A DNA stretch of 32,000 nucleotides from Gemmata obscuriglobus (GCF_008065095.1 NZ_CP042911.1:2820001-2852000); one strand, 5' to 3'; shown: positions 7,965-17,359, counted from the first letter of the stretch. The notes: generated from the letters alone by a model not told the origin. Made by a program: numbers and translations.

Positions 7965-10091
7965 ATGCGCTCCATCCGCCGCTCGCTGCTGGGCTACCTG
8001 CTGGTGCTGCTCGCGCTCGCGCTGAGCGCGGTGGGCGGGCTCGTGGACCGGTTCGCCAACGCCGCGGTGCGCAACCGCGAGGCGTCGGAGGCCGGGCGCA
8101 TCGAGCAGGGGTTCAAGCTGAGCGAGCAGAAGGCGAAGGGGCGGGCCGAGGAGGCGCGGCGGAAGTTCGACGCGGACCTGCTCGCGGAAGCGAAGGTGCT
8201 CTCGAAGGAAGTGCAGTACAAACTCGCGGCGATTCTGGGCCAGAACGAGCGCCGGCTCACCGTGACCGAGTGGCAAGCGATTCAGGCCGGGGCGTCGATC
8301 GCCGCGGCCACCTTCGGCCCGTGGCCCGGGCCGGGACCGGGGGCCGGCCCGCGCCCGCTCGGCGGGGGCGGGGGCGGGGGCGGGGGCGGCGGGCGGTTCG
8401 TGGACCCTCCGGCGCCGGTGAAGGCGCCGGAAGAAGAGGCCCGCGCGTTCCGGCTCCGGGTCGCGCTCCTGGAAGCGGCGGCGGCCCCCGACCCGCTCGC
8501 CACCTGGGTCCTGATTTCGGCCCTGGAGCCCCGCGCGGCGGGCGGCGCGTCGTCTTCCGACCCGCGGGTGTTCAACGACCCGCGGCGGTACAACCCGTTC
8601 CCGGGGTGGATCGAGTACGACGGCCCGCGCGCCCTCGCCCGGATTGCGGAGGCTCTGGGCAAGGCGTTCGAGGACGACGACCACCCCGGCGGGTTCCAGA
8701 TCGCGCTCGCGGGCGGCCCGTTCCGGCGCCCCGCGCAGTTCGTGACGGTCGCGTACCCGGCCCGGATCGGGAACGCGCGCGTGGAACTGCCGGTCGACCC
8801 CGAGTGGCTCCACGCGGACCGGGAGACCGAGCCGAAGATCGACGAGGTGGAGACACCGGAGGGCACCCTGCGCCGGGTGACGAGCGCGACCAGCCCGAAC
8901 GGGCGGTCGATGCTCTTCGACGTGTGGCTCGCGCCGCCCCCCGTGCTGACCGCCGCGCCGGTGCAGTTCCGCGCGGTGCCGCGGGGGCCGCACCTGTCCC
9001 TGCGGGTGGTCGTTCAGCTCGCCCGCGCCCCGGTGATCCCGAACGACGGGCTCGCGGCGGCGCGCGCCGCCCACGACGCCGAGCTGGACCGGGTGCGGTC
9101 GGAAACGCAGCTCGAGCTGGCGCAGCTTCGTGCCCGGCTGGTCACCATCGGGGCGGCCACGTTCGCCGCGCTGGTGCTCGGCGGGTGGTTCATCGTGGCC
9201 CGCGGGCTGTCCCCGCTTCGCACCCTCTCCGATGCCGTTAGCCGGGTATCCGAGAGGGACTTCCGGCTCCCCGTGGGGCCCGAGGAGCTGGGCCGCGAGC
9301 TGGCCCCGATCCACGCCCGCATCACCCAGACCCTCACCCTCTTACAGCGTGCCTTCGCACGAGAGAAACAGGCCGTGGCCGACATCTCACACGAGCTGCG
9401 CACCCCCATCGCGTCCCTGCTGGCCACGATCGACGTCACGCTGCGCAAGCCCCGCAGCCCGGAGCAGTACCGCACCGCCCTTGAGGAGTGCCGGCTGATC
9501 TCCCGCCAGCTCGGGCAGTTGGTCGAGCGGATCATGACGCTGGCCTCGCTCGACGCGGGCAACGATCACACGCAAGTGGTGCGCACGGACGCGGGCGAGC
9601 TCGCGCGGGGGTGCGCCGCGGTGATCCGGCCGCTGGCCGCCGCGAACGACGTGACCCTGACCGTGCGCGTCGACGATGAGGTGCGCCTCGACACCGACGC
9701 GGGCAAGCTGCGCGAGGTGCTAATGAACCTGCTCCACAACGCGGTGGAGTACAACCGCCCCGACGGCACCATCGAACTCGTCGCCCGGCGCGACGGCCCG
9801 GCGGCGGTCTTCGAGGTGTGCGACACCGGCATCGGGATGGCCGCGGACGTGCGGGAGCGGATCTTCGAGCGGTTCTACCGGGCCGACTCTTCGCGCACCG
9901 CGACCGGCGTTCACGCCGGGCTGGGGCTGGCGATCGTGAAGGAGTACATGGCCCGGTTGAAAGGGACGATTACGGTGGAGAGCGAGCCGGGCGTCGGCAC
10001 GACGTTCCGGGTGACCCTCCCGGCGAGCCCGGACGAGTCTGCCACACCGGATCACGTTCTGGCGCGCGCCGCCGCGGCCGCCGCGCCGTGA
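7965..10091 (+). CDS. sensor histidine kinase with a large extracytoplasmic domain (about 370 aa)
   Basis: TM1 LLGYLLVLLALALSAVGG, TM2 LVTIGAATFAALVLGGWFIVA, HAMP-like RGLSPLRTLSDAV, H-box DISHELRTPI, N-box LLHNAVEYN, G-boxes DTGIGM and GLGLAIV. Confidence 0.9.
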   Translation: MRSIRRSLLGYLLVLLALALSAVGGLVDRFANAAVRNREASEAGRIEQGFKLSEQKAKGRAEEARRKFDADLLAEAKVLSKEVQYKLAAILGQNERRLTVTEWQAIQAGASIAAATFGPWPGPGPGAGPRPLGGGGGGGGGGGRFVDPPAPVKAPEEEARAFRLRVALLEAAAAPDPLATWVLISALEPRAAGGASSSDPRVFNDPRRYNPFPGWIEYDGPRALARIAEALGKAFEDDDHPGGFQIALAGGPFRRPAQFVTVAYPARIGNARVELPVDPEWLHADRETEPKIDEVETPEGTLRRVTSATSPNGRSMLFDVWLAPPPVLTAAPVQFRAVPRGPHLSLRVVVQLARAPVIPNDGLAAARAAHDAELDRVRSETQLELAQLRARLVTIGAATFAALVLGGWFIVARGLSPLRTLSDAVSRVSERDFRLPVGPEELGRELAPIHARITQTLTLLQRAFAREKQAVADISHELRTPIASLLATIDVTLRKPRSPEQYRTALEECRLISRQLGQLVERIMTLASLDAGNDHTQVVRTDAGELARGCAAVIRPLAAANDVTLTVRVDDEVRLDTDAGKLREVLMNLLHNAVEYNRPDGTIELVARRDGPAAVFEVCDTGIGMAADVRERIFERFYRADSSRTATGVHAGLGLAIVKEYMARLKGTITVESEPGVGTTFRVTLPASPDESATPDHVLARAAAAAAP
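8361..8396 (+). repeat. hexanucleotide (GGCGGG)n repeat encoding an 11-residue Gly run; G-quadruplex motif
   Basis: ggcgggggcgggggcgggggcgggggcggcgggcgg. Four G5 runs are separated by single C residues on the coding strand. Confidence 0.9.
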
Positions 10092-10141
10092 CCTTTCACC
10101 CCGGCGGGCGGGGGCGCGCCACCGCCCGTTGGACGATCGCC

Positions 10142-10150
10142 GCTCCTTTC
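10142..10150. repeat. target-site duplication, left copy (gctcctttc)
   Basis: Identical 9-mer abuts the outer ends of both IS inverted repeats. Confidence 0.8.
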
Positions 10151-10169
10151 GAGGTCACGCCACGGTTTG
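10151..10169. repeat. IS terminal inverted repeat, transposase 3' side
   Basis: gaggtcacgccacggtttg is the exact reverse complement of 11865-11883. Confidence 0.85.
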
Positions 10170-11784
10170 TGCTGTGGCACCCTCTGATTTGTGGCAGAGT
10201 GTATCTCGTTTGCGGAACGAGGAGCCCGGCCGTTCGGCGAAGAACCGTGGGAGCCGGTCGTCTTGGCTCAGCACGGCGGCCCGCAGTTGCAGGATCGATT
10301 CGGCACCGTCGGGCCGGGTCCAATGCTTCTGTGTGCTCTTCACCCGGGCGTTGATCTCGCCCACCAGTGACTCGACCAAGCTACTCGTCGTCGGTAGCCC
10401 GTTGCGCCGGTATCGCGGGTACGCCATGCGATCCCGATTGTTCCCCAAGTAGGTCCGCGCGTGCGCCACCACCCGGCGCGGGTCCCGGCGCTCCTCGGCC
10501 GTCGCCGCCTCACCCGGTGGGGGCTCACCCAGCCGCGCCTGCCACTGATCCAGTTCGGTGAGCACTTCTCCAACGCGACCCTGCCAGCACGCGCGCATCC
10601 AGGCCACGTATTGGGACCAACCCGACGCCTCATCGGGGCTCACGGCCGCGGCCGACGAGAACACGTAACACACCGCGTGCAGGAAATCCACGATCGGCTC
10701 GAACGCACCAAAGTACCCGCGCCAGATGGTCCAGTTGTACGCCTGACCGTCGGCTACGAACGCCCGACGCGGGGCCTCATAGAAGCGCCGCTCCTGGGCC
10801 TCGGCGGCCATCATCGGGCCGAACGCGGTACTCCCCTCCAGGCTCGCCACGCACGTCCGCACCAACCGCGTCGGGGACCACCGCTCGGCCCCTTCGGGTT
10901 CCCCGGCCGGCACCGGGGGCGTCGATTCGTCCACGGTTTCCGGGGGCGCGACCTCGCCCGCCGGGCCCTTCATCTGCTGCACCAGGCGCCGCACCCGGCG
11001 CGGGCAGCGGAACGACTCGGGCGGCTCGGGGCACGGGTCCGTGGCGAACGTGGGGCCACTCAGGGTGGCCAGGCACGCCACCTTGTCCTCCTTGTTCTGG
11101 GCCTCGTGAACACCCGGGCCGGCGCCCGCGGCGCGGGTGCGGATGCGCCCCCCATCGACCTCGACCACCACGGCCACGGGCACCACCGCGGTCCGCGGCT
11201 CTAACTGGCGGCGCCGGTGCTCGACCGCCTTCCGATCGCGCCGCGCGATCAACTCGTGCCCGACCTCGTGAGCCAGTCGGCGCACCTGGTTGTCGCTGAT
11301 CGTGACCCCGGTCATCCGCACCGCCTCGGCGGCATCCCGGAACGAGGAGAACCGGGCGGCGGCCGTGACGATGCGTTGAACGACCGAGGAACTGTACCCG
11401 TGCTCATCCAGCCCGAGGGCCAGCCGCAGGGGGGAAAAAGTCCCGCCGGCAGGCGGGACAATGGGCGATCCGTTCGGCCTGTTGAACCGTGGCCCCTTGG
11501 GCCGCCAGGGTGCGGGTGTGTGGTCGGGTCGGGCACGGCTCGCCACACACCGGACACGGAACCTGTTCGGGCACCTTCCGGGCCTGCTGGTGGAGCATCT
11601 GCTGGAGGGCACCTTCGGTGAGCCCTTGTGCCGCCGCGGTGGCGATCTGCTCCATCGTCCGGAAGTCCACGTCCAATCCCGGCCCGTCGTCCCCGAACGC
11701 CCGCTTGGAAACGATTTTGCCCCACTCCGCCGCCAGTGCTCGAAGGCGGTCGAGTTCCTCGGCCGTGAAACGCGGTGTGCTCAT
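10155..11784 (-). pseudogene. ISKra4-family transposase split into two frames by a 1-nt frameshift
   Basis: The N-terminal ORF (ATG 11782-11784, MSTPRFTAEELDRL...CPVCGEPC...CPACRRDFFPP) stops at 11404. The rest (...LRLALGLDEHGYSS...VVEVDGGRIRTR...FVADGQAYNWTIW...DFLHAVCY...NNRDRMAYPRYRRNGLPTTSSLVES...) continues in the other frame to 10155. Removing one C from the T5C6 run restores RRDFFPLRLALGLDEHGY. Confidence 0.8.
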
Positions 11785-11864
11785 GACTCGCCCCGCACGA
11801 GAGTTGCGGCGAAATCGCCCCGCGCTTTTCCTATCCCGTGCCCCGAGGACCGCAAGGCCTACTG

Positions 11865-11883
11865 CAAACCGTGGCGTGACCTC
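11865..11883. repeat. IS terminal inverted repeat, transposase 5' side
   Basis: caaaccgtggcgtgacctc is the exact reverse complement of 10151-10169. Confidence 0.85.
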
Positions 11884-11892
11884 GCTCCTTTC
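11884..11892. repeat. target-site duplication, right copy (gctcctttc)
   Basis: Identical to 10142-10150. Confidence 0.8.
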
Positions 11893-11997
11893 TGGTTTGC
11901 GCTGGCGTTGGTTTGCGCCGGTGTTATACTTCCGTAGGTTCGGTGCGCCGAACTCCCGCCACGACTGCCGATCCCGCCTCAACCTGGAGCACTCTTT

Positions 11998-13626
11998 ATG
12001 CGGCTCCGCTCGCTGCTACTCGCGGCCGCCTGTACCCTCGCGCCTGCGTTCGCTCGCGCGGGCGATTTGCCCCCGGCGTCGAAACCGATCGAGGAGGTCA
12101 TTGACCTGCTCGTCGGGGCCGCACTTACCGAGGCCGGGATCACTCCCGCTCCGCAAGCGGACGACGCCACCACCATCCGCCGGCTCACGCTCGACCTCGT
12201 CGGCCGCATTCCCACGACCGCCGAGGTCGACGCTTACATCGAGTCCACCGACGCCGACAAGCGGGCGAAGCTCGTGGACCGGCTCATGGCGTCTTCGGGG
12301 TTCGTGCGGCACCAGGCGGCCCAGTTCGAGGTCATGCTGAGCCCCGAAGGGGACCGCCGCGGGGGCGCCGCGTTCCGGGCGTACCTCACGAGCGCCCTCA
12401 ACGAGAACAAGCCCTGGAACCAGATCTTCCGTGATGTCATGTTGCCCGACGAAGCCGACCCGAAGCTGAAGGGCGCGGCCGAGTTCCTCCGCGGCCGGCT
12501 CGGCGACGCGGACAAGCTGACCGCGGACGTGAGCGTGGCGTTCTTCGGCGTGAACGTGAGCTGCGCGCAGTGCCACAACCACCCCAACGTCGAGGCGTGG
12601 ACCCAGGACCACTTCTACGGCATGAAGGCGTTCCTCGCCCGCACCTTCGATAACGGCGGGTTTCTGGCCGAACGCGGGTACGGGGTTGTCAAGTACAAGC
12701 CCACCAAGGGTCCCGAGCGCACCGCAAAGATGATGTTCCTGACGGGCGCCGCCGTCGACGACCCGACCGCCAAGGAGGCGACCGCCGCCGAGCAGAAGGT
12801 CGAGAAAGAGGCGCTCGACAAAGCCAAGACCGCCAAGACCGCGCCGCCCGCACCGAAATTCAGCGCGCGGGCCAAACTGGTCGAGGTGGCGCTGAAGGGT
12901 GAGAACGCGGACTTCTTCGCGCGGTCGATCAGCAACCGGCTGTGGCACCGGCTCCTCGGCACCGGGCTGGTGGCCCCGTTGGACCAGATGCACAGCGAGA
13001 ACGCGCCGAGTCACCCGGAACTGCTCGCGTGGCTGAGCCGCGACACCGCGGCCCACAACTACGACCTCAAGCGTCTGATCCGCGGCATCGTGATGAGCAA
13101 AACCTACTCGCGGAGCAGCAAGTACGAAGAGTCCGCGGGCGCACCGCCGTTCAAGACCTATGCCGTCGCCCGGCTCAAGCCGTTGACCCCGCTCCAACTC
13201 GCGACCTCGCTCAAAATCGCCGCCGCCGACCCGTCGAGCTTTGACAGGCTGAAGCCGGACGAACTCGAAAAGCGGCTGGAGCAGATCGAATCGTCCGCAC
13301 GCGGCTTCGCGGCCGTGCTCGCGCAGCCGACGGACAACTTCCAGATCGGCGTGGGCGAGGCGCTGCTGTTCAGCAACGGTGAGCGCGTGATGAAGGAGCT
13401 GCTCACCGACGGCGGCGGCTCGGCGCTCGGGCGCACGAAGGGGATGACGGAGCCGAAAGAAGCGGTCGCGTTCCTGGTGAAGGCCGCGTACGGCCGCGCG
13501 CCGACCGAGGCAGAAGAAGGGGCCTTGGTCGCATACGTCGAGAAGCGAAAGGACCGAGCCCACGAGGCCCACAAGCAGATTTTATGGGCGCTCGTAACGG
13601 CCCCCGAGTTCCGGTTCAGTTACTGA
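11998..13626 (+). CDS. DUF1549/DUF1553 domain protein (planctomycete PSCyt/PSD family), short form
   Basis: Sec signal MRLRSLLLAAACTLAPAFARA. Contains RRLTLDLVGRIPTTAEVDAYI (DUF1549), CAQCHNHP...DHFYGMKAFLART, and NRLWHRLLGTGLVAPLDQMHSENAPSHPELLAWL...LIRGIVMSKTYSRSS (DUF1553). Confidence 0.88.
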   Translation: MRLRSLLLAAACTLAPAFARAGDLPPASKPIEEVIDLLVGAALTEAGITPAPQADDATTIRRLTLDLVGRIPTTAEVDAYIESTDADKRAKLVDRLMASSGFVRHQAAQFEVMLSPEGDRRGGAAFRAYLTSALNENKPWNQIFRDVMLPDEADPKLKGAAEFLRGRLGDADKLTADVSVAFFGVNVSCAQCHNHPNVEAWTQDHFYGMKAFLARTFDNGGFLAERGYGVVKYKPTKGPERTAKMMFLTGAAVDDPTAKEATAAEQKVEKEALDKAKTAKTAPPAPKFSARAKLVEVALKGENADFFARSISNRLWHRLLGTGLVAPLDQMHSENAPSHPELLAWLSRDTAAHNYDLKRLIRGIVMSKTYSRSSKYEESAGAPPFKTYAVARLKPLTPLQLATSLKIAAADPSSFDRLKPDELEKRLEQIESSARGFAAVLAQPTDNFQIGVGEALLFSNGERVMKELLTDGGGSALGRTKGMTEPKEAVAFLVKAAYGRAPTEAEEGALVAYVEKRKDRAHEAHKQILWALVTAPEFRFSY

Positions 13627-13678
13627 CCGCCCGCACACACTCACCCGGCGGGCGCCCGCCCGCACAGGAGCACCTCGC

Positions 13679-14983
13679 ATGGCCCGGAACACCTTCTGCC
13701 GCTCGGCCGACCACGCCGTCGACCGCCGCGCGTTCATCGGCGGCGCATTGGCCGCCGGGGCTGCTCTTGCGGCGGACATGACTCAGCTCAACGCGCTGGC
13801 CGCCGCCGACGTGAATAAGGCGCTGAAGAAGACCCAGAAGCGGGTCATCCTCCTGTGGCTCGCGGGGGGCGCGTCGCAGCTCGAGACCTGGGACCCGAAG
13901 CCCGGCGCGAGCACCGGCGGGCCGTTCCGTTCCATCCAGACGGACGTGCCCGGGTTACGCATCTCGGAACTGATGCCGAAGATGGCCGCCCGGATGAAGA
14001 CCACGTGCGTGATCCGCGGGCTGAACACCAAGAACGGCGACCACGGGTCGGCCGCCGTGACGATGATGAAGGGGCGCCGCGACGAGGCCGCGGTTCGCTA
14101 CCCGGACCTCGGCGCCGTGGTGGCGCGCGAGATGGGCCGCGCGGACAGCAAGGTGCCGGATTACGTCACATTCTACACCCAGACCGAGGGCCGGGGGATG
14201 GCCCCGGGCACCGCCGGGTTCCTCGGCGCTCGTTACGCCCCGATGGAACTGACCACCAACAACTACCCCGAGTTCATCAAGAAGCTCGACGGCATCTCGG
14301 ACCTGGACCACGTCGAGCGCGGCGCCCTCCGTGACCTCCTTGGCAAACAGTTCGGCCAGGGGCGCAGCTCGGAGACGATGAGCAGCCAGAACGAGGCGTA
14401 CCAGCGGGTCCGCGGGATCATGGCCAGTGAGAAGCTGTTCGACGTGACGCAGGAGCCGCAAAAGGTGCGCGACCGGTACGGGCCGACGCAGTTCGCCGAG
14501 CAGACGCTCATCGCCCGGCGGCTGGTGGAGGCCGGCGTGCCATTTGTCCGGGTGGGGCGCGCGTGGTGGGACAGCCACGGGCAGAACTTCGAAACGCACC
14601 AGGAAATGGTGCCGGAACTCGACCACGTGATGGCCACGCTGCTCGACGACCTGGGCGAGCGCGGGCTGCTGGACGACGTGATGGTCGTCACCCTGGCGGA
14701 GTTCGGGCGGACGCCGGCGATCAACGCGAGCCTCGGGCGCGACCACTTCGCGAGCGCCTGGAGCTGTACGATCTCAGGGGCCGGGATCAAGCGCGGCGCG
14801 GTGTACGGCAAGACCGACCCGAAGGGGCAGACGGTGACGGCAGAAGAAGTGGACGCCGGCCGCCTGTTTGCCACGATCTACTCGGCTCTGGGCGTCGACC
14901 CTGAGAAGAATTACTACGTGGGCAGCCGCCCGGTGCCGCTAGTGAACCCCGGCGTCCACGCGATCGAAGAAGTGCTTCAGTGA
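13679..14983 (+). CDS. DUF1501 domain protein (sulfatase-like fold) with Tat signal
   Basis: Twin-arginine DRRAFIGGALAAGAALA, then LLWLAGGASQLETWDPKP and LAEFGRTP...GRDHF blocks. Confidence 0.9.
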   Translation: MARNTFCRSADHAVDRRAFIGGALAAGAALAADMTQLNALAAADVNKALKKTQKRVILLWLAGGASQLETWDPKPGASTGGPFRSIQTDVPGLRISELMPKMAARMKTTCVIRGLNTKNGDHGSAAVTMMKGRRDEAAVRYPDLGAVVAREMGRADSKVPDYVTFYTQTEGRGMAPGTAGFLGARYAPMELTTNNYPEFIKKLDGISDLDHVERGALRDLLGKQFGQGRSSETMSSQNEAYQRVRGIMASEKLFDVTQEPQKVRDRYGPTQFAEQTLIARRLVEAGVPFVRVGRAWWDSHGQNFETHQEMVPELDHVMATLLDDLGERGLLDDVMVVTLAEFGRTPAINASLGRDHFASAWSCTISGAGIKRGAVYGKTDPKGQTVTAEEVDAGRLFATIYSALGVDPEKNYYVGSRPVPLVNPGVHAIEEVLQ

Positions 14984-15046
14984 GTCACCCGCGGGCCGCC
15001 CTCCGTCGTTGCGGCCCGCTCCACCTTAACACAACTCCGACCTCAC

Positions 15047-16051
15047 ATGAACGCTCTCAACCCGGACACGCTGAAGCAGGTGAAGGACCTCCCGCGACCG
15101 ACCATCACCTTCGCGGTCGCCCGCGCCGACGGGGCCGATGTCGCGTACCTGGGTGGGTCGGATTTCAAGGTCTATCGAGCCGATCTCGCGGCCCCAAAGT
15201 TCGAGCCCAAGGAGCTGTACGCGCACGAGAGCTACGTTACCGGTGTCGCGCTCGCGGGTGCCACACTCGTCAGCGGTGGCTACGACGGCCGGCTCACCTG
15301 GTTCGACACCGCCGCGGGCAAAATCGTTCGCACTCACGACGCTCACGCGAAGTGGGTCCGCAAGGTGGTTGCCTCGCCGGACGGGAAGCTGATCGCGAGC
15401 GTTGCCGACGACATGCTCTGTAAGGTGTGGGACGCGAAAACCGGTCAACTGGTCCACACACTGAAGGGGCACAAGGAGAAGACCCCGCACGACTTCGCCT
15501 CGATGCTCTACGCCGTCGCGTTCTCGAACGATTCGGCGCTGCTGGCGACGGGCGACAAGGTCGGACACGTGGTCGTGTGGGACGCGAAGACCGGGACGCG
15601 ACTCGGCTCGTGCGAGGCGCCGGTGATGTACACGTGGGACAAGGTGCAGCGGCTGCACTCGATCGGCGGCGTGCGGTCCCTTGCGTTTTCGCCCGACGGC
15701 CGATCGCTCGCGGTGGGCGGGATGGGTAAAGTTGGGAACATCGACCACCTCGAAGGCAAGGCCCGGGTGGAGGTGTTCGACTGGAAGGCCGGGAAGCAGA
15801 CCGCGGAGTTCCCGGGCGACAAGTTCGTGGGGCTCGTGAACCGGCTCGCGTGGGCGCCGGACGGCTCGTGGCTGCTCGGCGCCGGTGGCGCCGGTGAGGG
15901 GTTCTTGTGCTTCTTCGACGCGGCCGCCAAGAAGGTACTGCGGCAGGAGAAGTTGCCGATGCACGTCCACGACTTCGCCCTCTCGGCCGCAGGCGATCAG
16001 ATTACCAGTGTCGGGCACAACCGCATCACGGTTCACCGTTTGGGAGGGTGA
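15047..16051 (+). CDS. WD40 / beta-propeller repeat protein with no signal peptide
   Basis: Repeated units such as GGYDGRLTWFD, ADDMLCKVWDAKTG, GDKVGHVVVWDAKTG and SLAFSPDGRSLAVGG. Lies 63 nt after the DUF1501 gene on the same strand. Confidence 0.85.
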   Translation: MNALNPDTLKQVKDLPRPTITFAVARADGADVAYLGGSDFKVYRADLAAPKFEPKELYAHESYVTGVALAGATLVSGGYDGRLTWFDTAAGKIVRTHDAHAKWVRKVVASPDGKLIASVADDMLCKVWDAKTGQLVHTLKGHKEKTPHDFASMLYAVAFSNDSALLATGDKVGHVVVWDAKTGTRLGSCEAPVMYTWDKVQRLHSIGGVRSLAFSPDGRSLAVGGMGKVGNIDHLEGKARVEVFDWKAGKQTAEFPGDKFVGLVNRLAWAPDGSWLLGAGGAGEGFLCFFDAAAKKVLRQEKLPMHVHDFALSAAGDQITSVGHNRITVHRLGG

Positions 16052-16070
16052 GCCCCGGACGGTCGGTTCC

Positions 16071-16090
16071 AAAGCCCCCGGCTTTTATTC
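16071..16090 (+). terminator. short hairpin + T-tract between convergent genes
   Basis: aaagcc-ccc-ggcttt followed by tatt. The 6-bp stem is weak and it overlaps the stop of the minus-strand gene. Confidence 0.3.
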
Positions 16091-17056
16091 AGAACGATGC
16101 TTGATAATCGTAATGCGGTTGCCGATTGCGTTGTGTTTCACGTCGTCCATAAACGAGCGGATGAGCAACAGCCCGCGCCCGCTCGGGCGGTCGACGCACT
16201 CGGGCGAGGTCGGGTCGGGCAATGAGGCCGGGTCGAACCCGGACCCCTCGTCTTCGATCACGAACGTTGCTTTGGCAGGGCTGATCCGGGCCACCACGTG
16301 TACCCGCCGTTCGGCGTAGGGGGGCCGGGTGCGGCGCTCGCGGGCGAGCGCCAGGAACGCTTCGTCCCCGTTCTCCTTTAAGTCGGAACTCATTTCCAGG
16401 TTCCCGTGGTAGATCGCGTTGAGTAGCGCTTCCTCAAGCGCGATGGCGATCCGGGTGAGCCCGTGCCGGTTGCACACCCCCACCGCGAGCAGGTCGTCTC
16501 GCAACTGGGCCACCAGCGGGCCGACCAGTCGGGCGTCGTTCTCGAGCTTGAAGCGGCTGATCTGGCTCGTCATGCCGGAGAGCAGGCGCACGCGGTCCGA
16601 TTCGGCGCGGGCGTTGGTGAGGACGCGCTCGAGGATGCGTCCGAGGTCGGTGACCATCGCACGCTTGGGGATGTAGTCGGACGCCCCGGCTTTCAGCGCG
16701 TCGACCGCGGTTTGCTCGCTCCCGTGCCCGGTCATCAGCACCACCGGCACGCTCGGGAACCGGTCCCGAATCTGCTCGACGAGCACCAACCCGTCCATCT
16801 TGGGCATGTACACGTCGGTGAGCACAAGGCTGGGCGGCGCCTGTTCGATCATCTTGAGCGCCGAGAGCCCGTCGGTGGCCTGGATGATGTTCCACGTCCC
16901 GGCCGCGTCGAGCAGCGAGTGGACGATGCGGCGCTGGACGGACGAGTCGTCGACCAGCAGCACCGTGGGCGCGTTGTGCGACACCGCAGACGTGGTGCTC
17001 GGGGCAAAAGTGGGTGACGGGGTGGCGTCCAGGGTGGCACCGAATTGGGTGGTCAT
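16085..17056 (-). CDS. receiver domain fused to an RsbW/SpoIIAB-like Ser kinase ATPase domain (REC + HATPase_c_2)
   Basis: ATG 17054-17056 with GGAGG upstream. REC: VLLVDDSSVQRR...LVLTDVYMPKMDG...DYIPK. C-terminal: IALEEALLNAIYHGN...FVIEDEGSGFDP...GRGLLLIRSFMD. Confidence 0.85.
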   Translation of the reverse strand: MTTQFGATLDATPSPTFAPSTTSAVSHNAPTVLLVDDSSVQRRIVHSLLDAAGTWNIIQATDGLSALKMIEQAPPSLVLTDVYMPKMDGLVLVEQIRDRFPSVPVVLMTGHGSEQTAVDALKAGASDYIPKRAMVTDLGRILERVLTNARAESDRVRLLSGMTSQISRFKLENDARLVGPLVAQLRDDLLAVGVCNRHGLTRIAIALEEALLNAIYHGNLEMSSDLKENGDEAFLALARERRTRPPYAERRVHVVARISPAKATFVIEDEGSGFDPASLPDPTSPECVDRPSGRGLLLIRSFMDDVKHNAIGNRITIIKHRSE

Positions 17057-17359
17057 GGGAAACGCCTCCGCGATGCCGAGCAGGGTCGAGCAGGGCCGAG
17101 TGAATGCGAGATCGTTTCGAGCGTAGAACAGGGCGAGAACGGAGCAGGTGCAGGGCGGTGCCCGTGGGCGCGTTTTTCGCACACCAGGCGCGCCATTTGC
17201 GCTGGTCGCGAAATCGTTCGCCCCGGCGTGAGTCGCGACCGACGGGCGCAAACGTTTCGTTCCGTTCGGCGTGGCGTCACGGGCCGTAGATGATTTTCGC
17301 GTCCGCGTGGGTGCCGACCGAAGGGCACCTCGCGTTCACGCGCCGGCTCGTCGGGCACG

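Larger units (their letters stand above)
10151..11883 (-). mobile_element. ISKra4-family insertion sequence (1733 bp)
   Basis: Perfect 19-bp terminal inverted repeats gaggtcacgccacggtttg (10151-10169; reverse complement at 11865-11883), flanked by 9-bp direct repeats. The interior encodes an ISKra4-like transposase. Confidence 0.85.

Noticed and set aside
12016-13572. 518-aa minus-strand ORF antisense to the DUF1549/DUF1553 gene. Similar long antisense ORFs occur at 1692-2987, 7944-9314, 20102-21049, 13955-14746 and 15026-16072.
   Set aside because: Their translations are Arg/Gly/Pro/Ala-rich low-complexity strings with no motifs. The opposite strand encodes clearly recognisable proteins in each case. 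This is the usual stop-codon-poor artefact of very GC-rich DNA.
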